A DNA stretch of 64,000 nucleotides from Deltaproteobacteria bacterium (lineage in GTDB: Bacteria > Desulfobacterota > Desulfomonilia > UBA1062). The stretch covers positions 70,655 to 134,654 of the forward strand of contig JAGOOG010000001.1 of the NCBI GenBank assembly GCA_017992605.1, in the 5' to 3' direction. Shown piece after piece: positions 1 through 9,735 of the stretch. The notes under the pieces were generated by a model. It was given only the letters and a program-made list of their open reading frames with translations. It ran no database searches and was not told where the DNA came from. Positions within the stretch are counted from its first letter, which is position 1. Every line of letters starts with the position of its first letter. Position numbers and translations under genes: made by a program.

Positions 1-291
1 AACTATCAGATATATTCCTCCTACAGTTACGACTATGAAGAGGAGGAAATGGATATATCCGGGCGTTTCTACAGTTCAGATTACGGGTATGTCACCCTTT
101 CGACCGAGGAACCCCTCACGTTTTATCACGACGATGATTTTCCTTCTCACGGGATTCTGCTGGCAACGGGGGCGGCCGGCACCAGTGCAAGACTGATAGC
201 CCTTTCTTCCTCTACGTACATGGTAGAGGTGGATGAGGATGGCGACGGGGAGTATGAATATGACTCCTCCATACGGTACTGGGAGGAGTGA
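1..291 (+). CDS. 3-prime end of an upstream hypothetical protein (partial, Tyr/Asp/Glu-rich C-terminus)
   Basis: Frame 1 is open from nt 1 (NYQIYSSYSYDYEEEE...) and continues into the listed ORF 49..291. No recognisable domain. Confidence 0.3.
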   Translation, partial: NYQIYSSYSYDYEEEEMDISGRFYSSDYGYVTLSTEEPLTFYHDDDFPSHGILLATGAAGTSARLIALSSSTYMVEVDEDGDGEYEYDSSIRYWEE

Positions 292-575
292 GGCAATCCT
301 TGGAGTGCAGAAGCTTTTCGATCGAATATGGCACCTCTGCGGTACACTCGCATGACCACCGCAGAGGTGCAACTATATAAAGAAACCTTCGTAATACGCT
401 TTACATACAAGAGCATGCATTCCGGCAAGACGCCATGAAAAGGAATCATGCCTGGTCATACCGTCAGACAACAACGCCATTGACAATCTCTCTCAGGCCG
501 TGGTTTTATTCATCGCTGGAGGGTTTCAGGCGTCGTCATTTCACCATGCCACAGACATGGAGGGTCGCTCATACC

Positions 576-1649
576 ATGAAGAAGGTCGTGATCATCGGGG
601 CTGCTGTACTCTTTGTCGCGGCGGTGCTCATCAGGATCAACGTGATCAACGTCAATGCAGGCAAGGTGGCCCCCGGCGTCGAGCAGATATACAAGGAGAA
701 GGGGATACCCGTCCAGGTGAGCCAGGTCAGGTCCGGGGAGTTCCAGATCTTCTGCAGGGCCAATGCCGTGGTGCTCGGCATCCGGCAGACCGAGATCACC
801 ACCCCGGTGGCCGCCAGGATTCTCAAGGTACACCACCAGGTCGGTGACCGGATCAGGGCGAACGAATCCATCATCAGCCTGGACAAGGAGGACCCCAAGA
901 GCTCGGCCCAGTACAGGCAGCTCAAGGCCGTGTACGAGACGACGCTGAAGAACTACAACAGGCTGCTGGGCCTGAGGGACTCGGGTGCCATCGCCCAGAA
1001 CCAGCTCGATGAGATGAAGATGAAGCTCGACGTGGACAAGGCGAACCTGGAGAGTGTCATCGAAACCGTCAGGCTTTCCAGCCCCATGGACGGCATCCTC
1101 ATCGACATCAATGCCCGTGAGGGGGAGTTCATAACCCCCATGCACCCTGTCGCCGTCGTTGCGAAGACCGACAGGGTGAGGCTTCTCGCCGATGTCGGCG
1201 AAACCGACATCAGGTGTATCCGCGAGGGGCAGAAGGTGATCGTCAACGGTGCGGACCGCAGCGATGCGAGCACGGGTCGTGTCACCAAGATATCACTGTC
1301 CGCCAACCCCATGACCGGGCTCTTCCGCGTCGAGATGGAGGCGGACAACCCCAGTGAACTCGTGAGGCTCGGAACGTACACCACGGTGCGCATCGAGGTG
1401 GTCAACGACCCAGCGGCGGTCTACGCGGACGCGCGTGCCCTGCAGGAGGACCAGGACGGCAGATCGTTCGTCTACGTGGTCAGGAAGGACACCGTCAGCC
1501 GGACCACAGTGGAGATCTCGGGCATGAACGATGACTTCGTGCGGATCACCGGTGGGGTCGGCCCGGAGGATCTCGTGGTGACGAGCGGGTTCTCCAGGCT
1601 CGAAGACGGTGCCAGGGTCAGTTTCGCACAACCCGCCCCGCAGGGATAG
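576..1649 (+). CDS. RND efflux periplasmic adaptor (membrane fusion protein, HlyD/AcrA family)
   Basis: Internal Met (MKKVVIIGAAVLFVAAVL) gives an N-terminal TM anchor, then coiled-coil and beta-barrel-like regions typical of MFPs. Immediately followed by an RND pump gene. Confidence 0.8.
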   Translation: MKKVVIIGAAVLFVAAVLIRINVINVNAGKVAPGVEQIYKEKGIPVQVSQVRSGEFQIFCRANAVVLGIRQTEITTPVAARILKVHHQVGDRIRANESIISLDKEDPKSSAQYRQLKAVYETTLKNYNRLLGLRDSGAIAQNQLDEMKMKLDVDKANLESVIETVRLSSPMDGILIDINAREGEFITPMHPVAVVAKTDRVRLLADVGETDIRCIREGQKVIVNGADRSDASTGRVTKISLSANPMTGLFRVEMEADNPSELVRLGTYTTVRIEVVNDPAAVYADARALQEDQDGRSFVYVVRKDTVSRTTVEISGMNDDFVRITGGVGPEDLVVTSGFSRLEDGARVSFAQPAPQG

Positions 1650-1655
1650 CCTTCC

Positions 1656-4600
1656 GTGAACATCATCAGGCTCTTCATCACCAGGCCCGTGACCACCATG
1701 ATGCTGGTCCTCGTGTTCGTGGTGCTCGGTGTCATCGCGTACAAACGGATGTATGTAGACCTCTTTCCGGACATCAAGCTCCCCATCGTGCTGGTCACCC
1801 AGGTATACGAAGGTGCGGCCCCGGAAGAGATCGAGACCCAGGTCGTCAAGAAGGTGGAGGATGCGGTCTCGAACATCAGCGACATCAAGCATATCTATTC
1901 GAGCGTGTACGAGAACTACGCCTTGACCATCATCGAGTTCCACTACGGCGTGGATGTGGACATCAAGGCCCTCGAGGTGAAGGACAAGGTCGAGGCCATT
2001 TCCCAGGACCTGCCTGACGACGCCGACAGGCCGGTGATCGAGAAATTCGACCCCTTCGACGAGCCCACGCTCTCCATAGCCCTGTACAGTGAGACCATGC
2101 CGGTCGACGAGATTTTCGAGTATGCCGACAAGGTGCTCAAGGACTCCTTTTCCCAGGTCAAGGGCGTGGCCAGCGTCGACGTGGTGGGCGGCCTTCAGCG
2201 CCAGATAAACATCAGGGTGGACATGCCGGCCCTGCTGAACCACCGGCTCTCCATCCTCGATGTGGTCTCGGCCATCAGAAACAGGAATCTCGACATCCCT
2301 GCAGGGTCCATCAAGCGAGGCGCCTACGAGGTGGGGGTGCGCCTCAAGGGACAGTTTGCCTCGGTGGAAGAGATAGAGGACATGCAGCTGGCAGTGGAGG
2401 ATGTGGGCGTCATACGCCTCAAGGACATAGCGAAGGTGGAGGACGGGTTCAAGGACATCACCTCCGCGGCCCGGTTCAAGGGAAAAGAGGCTGTGCTGCT
2501 CAACATCTACAAGCAGACGGACAGCAACGTGGTCCAGACCGCCGATGCGGCATACCTGGTACTGGAAAGGGTACGATCCGCCCTTCCCGGGGGCCTTCAG
2601 ATAGAACTGGCCCGGGACCAGACCGATTTCATCAGGGAGTCCATCGACGACGCCACCATGAGTATCTTCCTGGGGGTGGTCCTCACCACGCTGGTCCTCT
2701 TCCTTTTCCTCGGTGACATCCGCATAGCCCTGGTTGCGGCGGTGGTCATCCCGACCTCCATCATCTCCACCTTCCTGGTCATGAGCTTCTTCGGCTTCAC
2801 CCTGAACATCATCACGCTCATGGCCTTGGGAGTTTCCATCGGCACCCTGGTGGCCAACGCTATCGTCATCATCGAGAATATCCACAAGCACATGCGCACC
2901 CACGACGACCCCGTGGAGGGGGCCGTCAGGGGGACCTGGGAGGTAGTGATAGCGGTCATCGCCTCGGCGGGGACCAATATCGTGGTGTTCTTCCCCATCG
3001 CCTTCATGAAAGGCATATTCGGTCAGGTCTTCTTCCCCTTCGGGATCTCGGTGGTTGCCGCCACGGTCTTTTCCATCCTGGCCTCCTTCTCGCTGACCCC
3101 CATGATGACCTGCTACTCCATGCGCAACACGAAGGACGTGGACCAGGGGTGGGGTTTCATCGGCAGGCACCTCATGTTCTTTTCCCGCTGGGTTGAGTCG
3201 TGGAGAGAACAGTACCTCCGCCTCCTCGACAGGAGCATGCAGTGGAAGAAGACCACCGTCGCGGTCACGCTGGTGGTGTTCGCGGGGTCGCTCTACCTCA
3301 TGAAGTACGTGGGAGGAGAGCCCTTCCCCGACTCTGACAGCTCGGAGATCGTTGTCGAGGCATCGATCCCTCAGGATTCATCCATCGCGAGGAGCCAGGA
3401 GGTGCTCAACAGAATCGAAGATATCGTGGCGCGTGTCCCGGAAATCAAGGACTACTCGTCGAGCATAGGCGGGAAGAACAAGGGGATCTACGACCTGTAC
3501 GTACATGCGCGCCTCGTGCCCTTCGACGGGAGGGAAAAGTCAGACAGGGACATTGCCGGTGAGCTGGTGGGGCCGCTGTGCACTATCCCGGACCTGGAGT
3601 TCAGCGTGGTCGCCGGCCGGAGCCACGGCAACGAGGGCGACATGGACGTGGACCTCTTCGGGCCCGATTACGGGGAGCTCGTCACCATCGCGTCCCAGGT
3701 CAAGGGCGTCATGTACGACACCGGCAACTACCAGAGCATCATCAGCTCCTACAAGACGCCCAGGCGGGAGATGCGCTTCGTCCCGTATCCCTACAAGTCA
3801 CCCCGGTACGGCGGGAACAACGCCAGGGTGGGTATGGCCCTGCGGGCATCCATCGAGGGTGACGACTCGTCGGCCCTGCGCGACCGGGGCGAGGAGTATG
3901 ACATCAGCGTGTCGCTGGACGACAGGTACAAGGACTCCATCAACCTGCTCGGCGCCATCCTGGTGCCCCTGGGCAAGGACGAGATCCTCAACCCGGTCAA
4001 CCAGGTGGGCAGCTTCGTTCCTGCCAGGGCCGAGGCAAGCATCGAGCGCAAGGACAAGGAACGCAAGATCACGCTCACGAGTTACTTCAGCCGCCTTTCC
4101 CTCACCGAGAACATGGAGATCCTCAAAGAGAAGTTCAGGGAACTGGAGATGAAGGCCGGTTACCGCATCGAATTCGCCGGCGATGTGGAGCTGAACCAGG
4201 AAGCCCGCGCAGCGACATCCGAGGCCTTCACCATCGCGACCATCCTCACGTTCATGCTGCTGGCGGCCATCCTCAACTCGTATGTCCACCCGTTCACCAT
4301 CATCCTGACCGTGCCCCTGGGCATGGCAGGCGTCTTCTACGCGCTGTTTTTTTCAGGCGTCACCATGAACCTCCTTGCCATGATGGCGAGCGTCATGCTG
4401 GTGGGCCTCGTGGTGAACAACGCTATCCTCATCATCGACGAGGCCATGCGGATGCTCAAGGGCGGTTCAGAGCTGACGGTGGCCATCAGGGAGGCGTGCA
4501 GGCAGAAGTTCCGTCCCATCCTCATGTGCAACATCGCCATCATCTGCGGCCTGCTGCCCCAGGCCTTCGGCGGGTCCGGGGCGAGCTTCAGGACCGCGCT

Positions 4601-4709
4601 CGCCCTGCCCACGATCGGCGGCATCATCGTGTCCACGATATTTACCATGTTTTTCATCCCGGTGCTCTTCTATTACATGGAACGGATCAGGTCGATCAGG
4701 GGAAAATGA
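1656..4709 (+). CDS. RND family efflux transporter permease (AcrB/HAE1-like), 1017 aa
   Basis: GTG start. N-terminus MNIIRLFITRPVTTMMLVLVFVVLGVIAYKRMYVDLFPDIKLPIVLVTQVY is a classic AcrB start. Twelve-TM architecture with two large periplasmic loops is evident. Confidence 0.9.
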   Translation: MNIIRLFITRPVTTMMLVLVFVVLGVIAYKRMYVDLFPDIKLPIVLVTQVYEGAAPEEIETQVVKKVEDAVSNISDIKHIYSSVYENYALTIIEFHYGVDVDIKALEVKDKVEAISQDLPDDADRPVIEKFDPFDEPTLSIALYSETMPVDEIFEYADKVLKDSFSQVKGVASVDVVGGLQRQINIRVDMPALLNHRLSILDVVSAIRNRNLDIPAGSIKRGAYEVGVRLKGQFASVEEIEDMQLAVEDVGVIRLKDIAKVEDGFKDITSAARFKGKEAVLLNIYKQTDSNVVQTADAAYLVLERVRSALPGGLQIELARDQTDFIRESIDDATMSIFLGVVLTTLVLFLFLGDIRIALVAAVVIPTSIISTFLVMSFFGFTLNIITLMALGVSIGTLVANAIVIIENIHKHMRTHDDPVEGAVRGTWEVVIAVIASAGTNIVVFFPIAFMKGIFGQVFFPFGISVVAATVFSILASFSLTPMMTCYSMRNTKDVDQGWGFIGRHLMFFSRWVESWREQYLRLLDRSMQWKKTTVAVTLVVFAGSLYLMKYVGGEPFPDSDSSEIVVEASIPQDSSIARSQEVLNRIEDIVARVPEIKDYSSSIGGKNKGIYDLYVHARLVPFDGREKSDRDIAGELVGPLCTIPDLEFSVVAGRSHGNEGDMDVDLFGPDYGELVTIASQVKGVMYDTGNYQSIISSYKTPRREMRFVPYPYKSPRYGGNNARVGMALRASIEGDDSSALRDRGEEYDISVSLDDRYKDSINLLGAILVPLGKDEILNPVNQVGSFVPARAEASIERKDKERKITLTSYFSRLSLTENMEILKEKFRELEMKAGYRIEFAGDVELNQEARAATSEAFTIATILTFMLLAAILNSYVHPFTIILTVPLGMAGVFYALFFSGVTMNLLAMMASVMLVGLVVNNAILIIDEAMRMLKGGSELTVAIREACRQKFRPILMCNIAIICGLLPQAFGGSGASFRTALALPTIGGIIVSTIFTMFFIPVLFYYMERIRSIRGK

Positions 4710-4825
4710 CCGGATCACGTGGGATTCAATTGTATTCAGACGCGATCTTTTGTATAACACGTTCAGGCCAGGCGCCTGCAGGTGCCCGGCACGAATGATA
4801 TCCATGAATTCTTCAGGAGGAGGCC

Positions 4826-5275
4826 ATGTCGGACGGACTCGATGTCGTCATAGTGGATGATGAGCAGCACGTGTGCGAGGTGCTCTCCGAGACCATCAAG
4901 AAGTTCTACACCTGGGGCGAGGTCTATACCTTCGACAATTACAAGAGCGCTCTGGAATGCTGTCTTTCGCGCGACAAGGGGCTCATGATCTTCGTGCTGG
5001 ACGTGTTCGTCGGGGACAGCAACGGATTCGCCTTCATCGATGCCATATCCGAGCGATACCCCAACGCGCATCTGGACTCGATCATGATTTCCGGCATGGC
5101 CAGTGATGACGTGGTGGACATGTGCATCGCCACCGGGGTGAACCACCTCCTGGAGAAGCCGGTCCGGAATTACGCCCTGCAGCTTGCCGTCAGGTCCATC
5201 GTTATGAAGTACGTGAAGTTCGCCAAGAAGCTGCTTGCCGACACGGAGCTCGCCGGGATCATCGACCGCATCTGA
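4826..5275 (+). CDS. stand-alone response regulator receiver domain protein (CheY-like)
   Basis: VVIVDDEQHV N-terminal acidic pair and a central LDVFVGD phospho-acceptor region. GGAGGAGG RBS 6 nt upstream. No output domain. Confidence 0.7.
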   Translation: MSDGLDVVIVDDEQHVCEVLSETIKKFYTWGEVYTFDNYKSALECCLSRDKGLMIFVLDVFVGDSNGFAFIDAISERYPNAHLDSIMISGMASDDVVDMCIATGVNHLLEKPVRNYALQLAVRSIVMKYVKFAKKLLADTELAGIIDRI

Positions 5276-5351
5276 CGGGCGGGGTTCCTGCGGGTGTGTT
5301 CTGTCCAAGCAGACCATTGATTTCTTGTGGAAAATAGCTTAGCACGTATCC

Positions 5352-6158
5352 ATGGACATATCGACGAACCTCATCATTGCCATCGTCATCTTCGCCGTGC
5401 TGCTGGCCGCTCTCTGGTATTTCTCCAGGAAGGCCACGGGGAACGATTCCGAGCAGATCGAAAGCGTCCGTGAGATCGCCGAGCGGGGGGACGTGTATTC
5501 CCAGTTCAGGCTCGGACAGCTCTACTACGAGGGAAAAGGCGTCAAGCAAGACGACCGGGAAGCTGCCAGATGGTTTCTGGATGCGGCCAGACAGGACCAC
5601 GCAGAGGCCCAGTTCATTCTGGCCACCATGTACGAGAAAGGGGCCGGACTCGAGAAGAGCGATGAGGAGGCCTTCCGATGGTATCTCCAGGCGGCCACCC
5701 AGGGTCACGAAAGGGCGTCGGTCATCCTGGAGTCCGCGAAATGGACCGTTCACAAGCAGAAACACCTGGCAGGCGACGATTCACGGTCGCACACGCACAG
5801 GGAGCTGTCTGAGGAACCGGCGCAGCCCGTGACTGAACCGGCACCGGGGGGTGGTGACCAGTTCCGGAAATATCTGGCCAAGGCCGAGGCCGGAGACGTA
5901 GATGCCCAGTACAACCTCGGCATCATGTATTACCACGGGGACGGCATTCAGAAGGATTATGGCGAGGCCCTGAGGTGGTTCCACCTCTCCGCGGAACAGG
6001 GAGATGCCGAGGCCCAGTACAACCTCGGGTTCATGTACGGCCGGGGCGAAGGTACCGGCAAGGACCACCGTGCATCCATGGAGTGGTTCCAGAAGGCCGC
6101 CTCCCAGGGACATGCGGGCGCCCGGGAGATCCTTGAGAAGATGTTCAGGAAGACGTGA
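5352..6158 (+). CDS. Sel1-repeat (TPR-like) protein with N-terminal TM anchor
   Basis: N-terminal hydrophobic helix, then repeated AxxW[FY]xxAAxQGxxxAQxxLGxMY Sel1 motifs (at least 5 copies). Confidence 0.75.
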   Translation: MDISTNLIIAIVIFAVLLAALWYFSRKATGNDSEQIESVREIAERGDVYSQFRLGQLYYEGKGVKQDDREAARWFLDAARQDHAEAQFILATMYEKGAGLEKSDEEAFRWYLQAATQGHERASVILESAKWTVHKQKHLAGDDSRSHTHRELSEEPAQPVTEPAPGGGDQFRKYLAKAEAGDVDAQYNLGIMYYHGDGIQKDYGEALRWFHLSAEQGDAEAQYNLGFMYGRGEGTGKDHRASMEWFQKAASQGHAGAREILEKMFRKT

Positions 6159-6171
6159 CCGAACTTCTCCC

Positions 6172-6891
6172 ATGACCGGCCAGAAGAGACGCTACTACGC
6201 GGTTGCACGGGGCAGAAGGCCCGGCATCTACACCGCCTGGGAGGGCCCGTCGGGGGCCCAGGCCCAGGTTAAGGGCTTCGCAGGGGCCGTCTTCAAGGGT
6301 TTCTCCTCGCTGCAGGACGCAGAGCATTTTCTGGGGAACCCCCCGGTGCCTGCCGGCCGGGGCAGACCGGTTACCCCCAAGCCCTCCCGCGTGCCCGGGC
6401 AGCTCAAGGGCGAGGGTATCCATCTCTATACCGACGGCGGGTGCATCGACAACCCCGGCCCGGGTGGATGGGCCGCGGTCATCGTCGACGGCGACGCCCG
6501 CACAGAGATTTCCGGCGGCTACCGGTTCACCACCAACAACCGCATGGAGCTCAGGGCATGCATCGAGGGGCTCAAGTCCATAAGAGAGGGGGGAAGGGTG
6601 ACGCTCTTCACCGATTCCCAGTATGTCGCGAATGCCGTAGAGAAAGGCTGGGCCAAGAAGTGGCGTTCGCAGAACTGGATGCGGGACAGGACGCACAGGG
6701 CCGAGAATGCCGACCTGTGGGCAGAGCTTCTCGACCTGCTGGGACCCCTCGAGGTGTCCTTTCGCTGGATTCGAGGACATTCGGGTATACCGGAAAACGA
6801 ACGGTGTGACGAGCTGGCAAGGGCGGCGGCCTCAGGAGAAGGCCTCCTGGTGGATGCAGTGTACGAGCGCTCGAGGAAGGAACCCTGCTGA
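6172..6891 (+). CDS. rnhA: ribonuclease HI with N-terminal caulimovirus-viroplasmin-like hybrid-binding domain
   Basis: N-terminal YYAVARGRRPGIYTAWEGPSGAQAQVKGFAGAVFKGFSSLQDAEHF matches the RNase H N-terminal HBD fold. C-terminal TDGGCIDNPGPGGWAAVI...NNRMEL...TDSQYV...WIRGHSGIPENERCDELA is the RNase H catalytic core (DEDD). Confidence 0.8.
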   Translation: MTGQKRRYYAVARGRRPGIYTAWEGPSGAQAQVKGFAGAVFKGFSSLQDAEHFLGNPPVPAGRGRPVTPKPSRVPGQLKGEGIHLYTDGGCIDNPGPGGWAAVIVDGDARTEISGGYRFTTNNRMELRACIEGLKSIREGGRVTLFTDSQYVANAVEKGWAKKWRSQNWMRDRTHRAENADLWAELLDLLGPLEVSFRWIRGHSGIPENERCDELARAAASGEGLLVDAVYERSRKEPC

Positions 6892-6893
6892 AC

Positions 6894-7235
6894 CTACGAC
6901 TTGCCGCACAGACGCTTCCACTTGTCGTCGTCCGAGGTGCTCGTGATGCTGATGGCACCTTCCCCCTTCTTGAGGTCAACCCATGCGATGATGCCGTTGA
7001 CCGTGAGCGCCTCGGTGGGTATCATGACACGCAGTGGAGCGCCCTCGAACTCCTTGGCCTGGATGGTGGTCATGGTCTTGAAGATCTGAGGTGAAACGAG
7101 GCACATTCCGCCCTTGCTGATATCCCTGGCGATACCGCGACCGTTCAGAAGCACGCCCATCTTGAGGAGCACCGTTATCTTCACCTTCTTCCGGTGTTCC
7201 CTTCTCCTCTCACTGCCGTCATTGTCAACAGCCAT
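6894..7235 (-). CDS. PilZ domain protein (c-di-GMP receptor-like), 113 aa
   Basis: RREHRK (RxxxR) followed by DISKGGMCL (DxSxxG), the two PilZ c-di-GMP-binding motifs. Confidence 0.65.
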   Translation of the reverse strand: MAVDNDGSERRREHRKKVKITVLLKMGVLLNGRGIARDISKGGMCLVSPQIFKTMTTIQAKEFEGAPLRVMIPTEALTVNGIIAWVDLKKGEGAISITSTSDDDKWKRLCGKS

Positions 7236-7321
7236 GCCGTGTCATTCCCCCTGTCCCTTCCGTATCACAAGAAAATGCATCATGTCACCATAAGAATGCC
7301 TGAAAACAGGCTGTACCTCCC

Positions 7322-7870
7322 ATGAGCGAGGAAGAAAAGCGGGGAATACCTGCCGCATGCACCCACAGCGATGGGGTTGGATTCAAGGGACCGGCCCTGA
7401 ATGACGAAAAGAAAACCATGGCGAGAGAAAAGGTCATTGAAAATAACAGGCGTAGACACGAGCGGAAGGATCTGAGGTTCCCCGCCCGGGTGAAGATATC
7501 CCTTTCAAGCAGGGATTCCGGGAAGATCCTCAAGGGGATCCAGAGCGTCATCGCCATGGCCGAGACGAAGAACATCTCCATCGGCGGCATGTCCCTCAGG
7601 ATCGTGGCATCTCCCCTGGACGTACGGAAGAGCCTCACCCCCGCCATTGCCTCCCACGTGGTCGGCAGACCCATCGAGGTGGTCCTGGAGGAAGAGAACA
7701 TGGTCATATGGGGCGACGTCATCCGTACCGAGTCGAACACCCTCGAGCTTGCCATAGTGATCTACAAGGTCTCGGATGTCAGGGAGTGGAAGAAGATCTG
7801 CTCCGAGAGTGCCGAAGGGATCAGCATCTTTCCCGACTCGCAAGCCGTACGGAAAAAGAGAAGGTCGTAA
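7322..7870 (+). CDS. PilZ domain protein, 182 aa (start may be the internal Met near 7418)
   Basis: RRRHERK (RxxxR) and NISIGGMSL (D/NxSxxG) motifs. Divergent from the other PilZ gene. Confidence 0.55.
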   Translation: MSEEEKRGIPAACTHSDGVGFKGPALNDEKKTMAREKVIENNRRRHERKDLRFPARVKISLSSRDSGKILKGIQSVIAMAETKNISIGGMSLRIVASPLDVRKSLTPAIASHVVGRPIEVVLEEENMVIWGDVIRTESNTLELAIVIYKVSDVREWKKICSESAEGISIFPDSQAVRKKRRS

Positions 7871-7914
7871 ACCCCGCCCCTTCGAAAGGCCCAGGCAGAT
7901 CGATCCTCTGACGG

Positions 7915-8778
7915 CTAATGGATTCCCTCGAAGAATTCCCGTATGATCTCGAGTGACTCCCTGGGTTTCTCCTGGGGGATCAGGTGCCCGGCCCCAGGTA
8001 CCAGGCGATACGTCCCGTGCGTGAAGGAAGACGTGGCCTTCTTCAGGTCGATGAAGGCGCGGTTTTCGCTCTCCTCTCCCTCCAGAACCAGGACCGGGCT
8101 TTTCACCTTGGGCAGCAGGGGCCAGGGGTCGTACTGCATCCCGCCCATGAAGAGCGATGCCTCCCTCAGCGGCGAGCAGGCGAGCTGGAGTCCCCCGGCA
8201 TCGAGGCGCTTCATGCCGTATTCGACATAGAGGTCGAGCATCTCCTCGTCCCAGTTCTTGAACAGGGACTTGGACCTCAGGTAGGTGTGGACCTCGTCGT
8301 CGCTGTTCCAGGTGTCCCTGCGGCGGATGGCCTTGGATGCGAGGGGGTGCATGTCGACGGTGATACGGGACTTGTAGAAATCTTCGGGCAGGAATATCGG
8401 CTCGAAGAGGACGAGGCCCCGGGCATGCAGGTCGAAGGCCGCGTTTGCCAAGGTGATGACCGTCGCGCCCATGGAATGCCCTGCCATGGCAGCCTTGTCT
8501 ATGTCGAGGGCCCGGCAGAAGTTGGCCAGATCCTGGGCGATGATCATCCAGTTCAGACCCCCCTCGTGGGGATCGAATTCCCGGTGGTCGCAGAAATAGG
8601 GGGCGACGACCCTCCACCTCGGGGCGAGCTCCCGGGCGATGGGGTGCCACAGCCACGGGAGGAAGCCGGTCGCGTGGAGGAGGATCACGGTCGGGCCGTC
8701 CCCCTCGTAGAGCAGGTAGGAAAGGTCTGTGTCGCCGATGTCCTGGGTGAGAACCTTGGGTATGCTCGCTTCGGGCAT
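7915..8778 (-). CDS. alpha/beta-fold hydrolase
   Basis: VILLHATGF oxyanion region and GHSMGA nucleophile elbow (GxSxG). Confidence 0.7.
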   Translation of the reverse strand: MPEASIPKVLTQDIGDTDLSYLLYEGDGPTVILLHATGFLPWLWHPIARELAPRWRVVAPYFCDHREFDPHEGGLNWMIIAQDLANFCRALDIDKAAMAGHSMGATVITLANAAFDLHARGLVLFEPIFLPEDFYKSRITVDMHPLASKAIRRRDTWNSDDEVHTYLRSKSLFKNWDEEMLDLYVEYGMKRLDAGGLQLACSPLREASLFMGGMQYDPWPLLPKVKSPVLVLEGEESENRAFIDLKKATSSFTHGTYRLVPGAGHLIPQEKPRESLEIIREFFEGIH

Positions 8779-8790
8779 ATGATCATCTCC

Positions 8791-9732
8791 TCACTTCTCG
8801 AGTATCCTGCCGAGGCCCTTTTCCATTTCCTCGAGCTTGTAGTCGGGCATGACAAAGGGTGATTCGCTCTGGGAAGACAGGGCAGGCACCCTGTCCTGAC
8901 TCTTCGCGAAGATGGAGAGGACGTGCTCACCCGTACCCTTCATGACGATGACCGTCTCGGGTGCCTTGAGCACCGTCTTCATGGCATCATCGAGATATTC
9001 ACCGCAATAGAGCTTGGCCAGCACGGCCAGGAGGGTGTCGACGTCGGCCTTGTCGACGGGGACCCCCCTGTCGTTCTTCCAGGTGTAGACCTTCGGTCTG
9101 TCCTGTGACGCCGATCCGTTCTTTTCCTTATCCTGAGGCACCTCGGACCTGACGAGGGCGGTCTTCCGGCCCTTGTGCTCGATCTCGATGCGGTCGATGT
9201 CGGCCGGGGTCATGGACAAGACGACCATGTCCCGCAAGTCGGACGGGGAGACCAGGAAGAGGCGGGGAAGGTCCCCGCTGGCGAGGTATACCCGTCCGTC
9301 GCCGGGCAGCATGACATAGGTGTGGTTGTGGGTCGGTGCGGCCTTGCCCACGATGAGGTCGCGACGGGGCTCCTGACCGGCGTAGGCCTTGATCGTGGCC
9401 CTGCTCCCTTCGTCGAGCTCGTAGCGGTCATAGTCCTTTGTCTCGGATACGAGGTCGGTGACGGCAAGGTTCGCAAGCACATCGAGCATCTCGGAGACCT
9501 TGGTGCTGTCGGCGCGCCAGTCCTGGGGTGCGATGAGCCAGGACTCGGCCTGTTTTTTCAATGAAGCGGTCTTCCCCTCGCGAGTGATATCGATAGTGGT
9601 TATCCCATCCGGCTGCACCGCCTCGAGCGAGGGCAGCGTGTAATGAACACGGTCCGTCTTCTGGAAGATGAGATACCCCACGGACGAGGCGATGAGGAGG
9701 GCCAGCAGGATATATTCCTTCTTGATCTTCAC
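8791..9732 (-). CDS. DUF4340-like protein (GldG-associated), N-terminal signal anchor
   Basis: Signal/TM at the N-terminus. Position directly downstream of a GldG-like gene is the conserved context of the DUF4340 family. Overall beta-rich composition. Confidence 0.55.
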   Translation of the reverse strand: MKIKKEYILLALLIASSVGYLIFQKTDRVHYTLPSLEAVQPDGITTIDITREGKTASLKKQAESWLIAPQDWRADSTKVSEMLDVLANLAVTDLVSETKDYDRYELDEGSRATIKAYAGQEPRRDLIVGKAAPTHNHTYVMLPGDGRVYLASGDLPRLFLVSPSDLRDMVVLSMTPADIDRIEIEHKGRKTALVRSEVPQDKEKNGSASQDRPKVYTWKNDRGVPVDKADVDTLLAVLAKLYCGEYLDDAMKTVLKAPETVIVMKGTGEHVLSIFAKSQDRVPALSSQSESPFVMPDYKLEEMEKGLGRILEK

Positions 9733-9735
9733 GGG

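Noticed and set aside
339-366. 7-bp inverted repeat CTGCGGT-N14-ACCGCAG upstream of the RND adaptor gene as a terminator
   Set aside because: No following T-tract, and short stems. It could be an operator but the evidence is insufficient to call.
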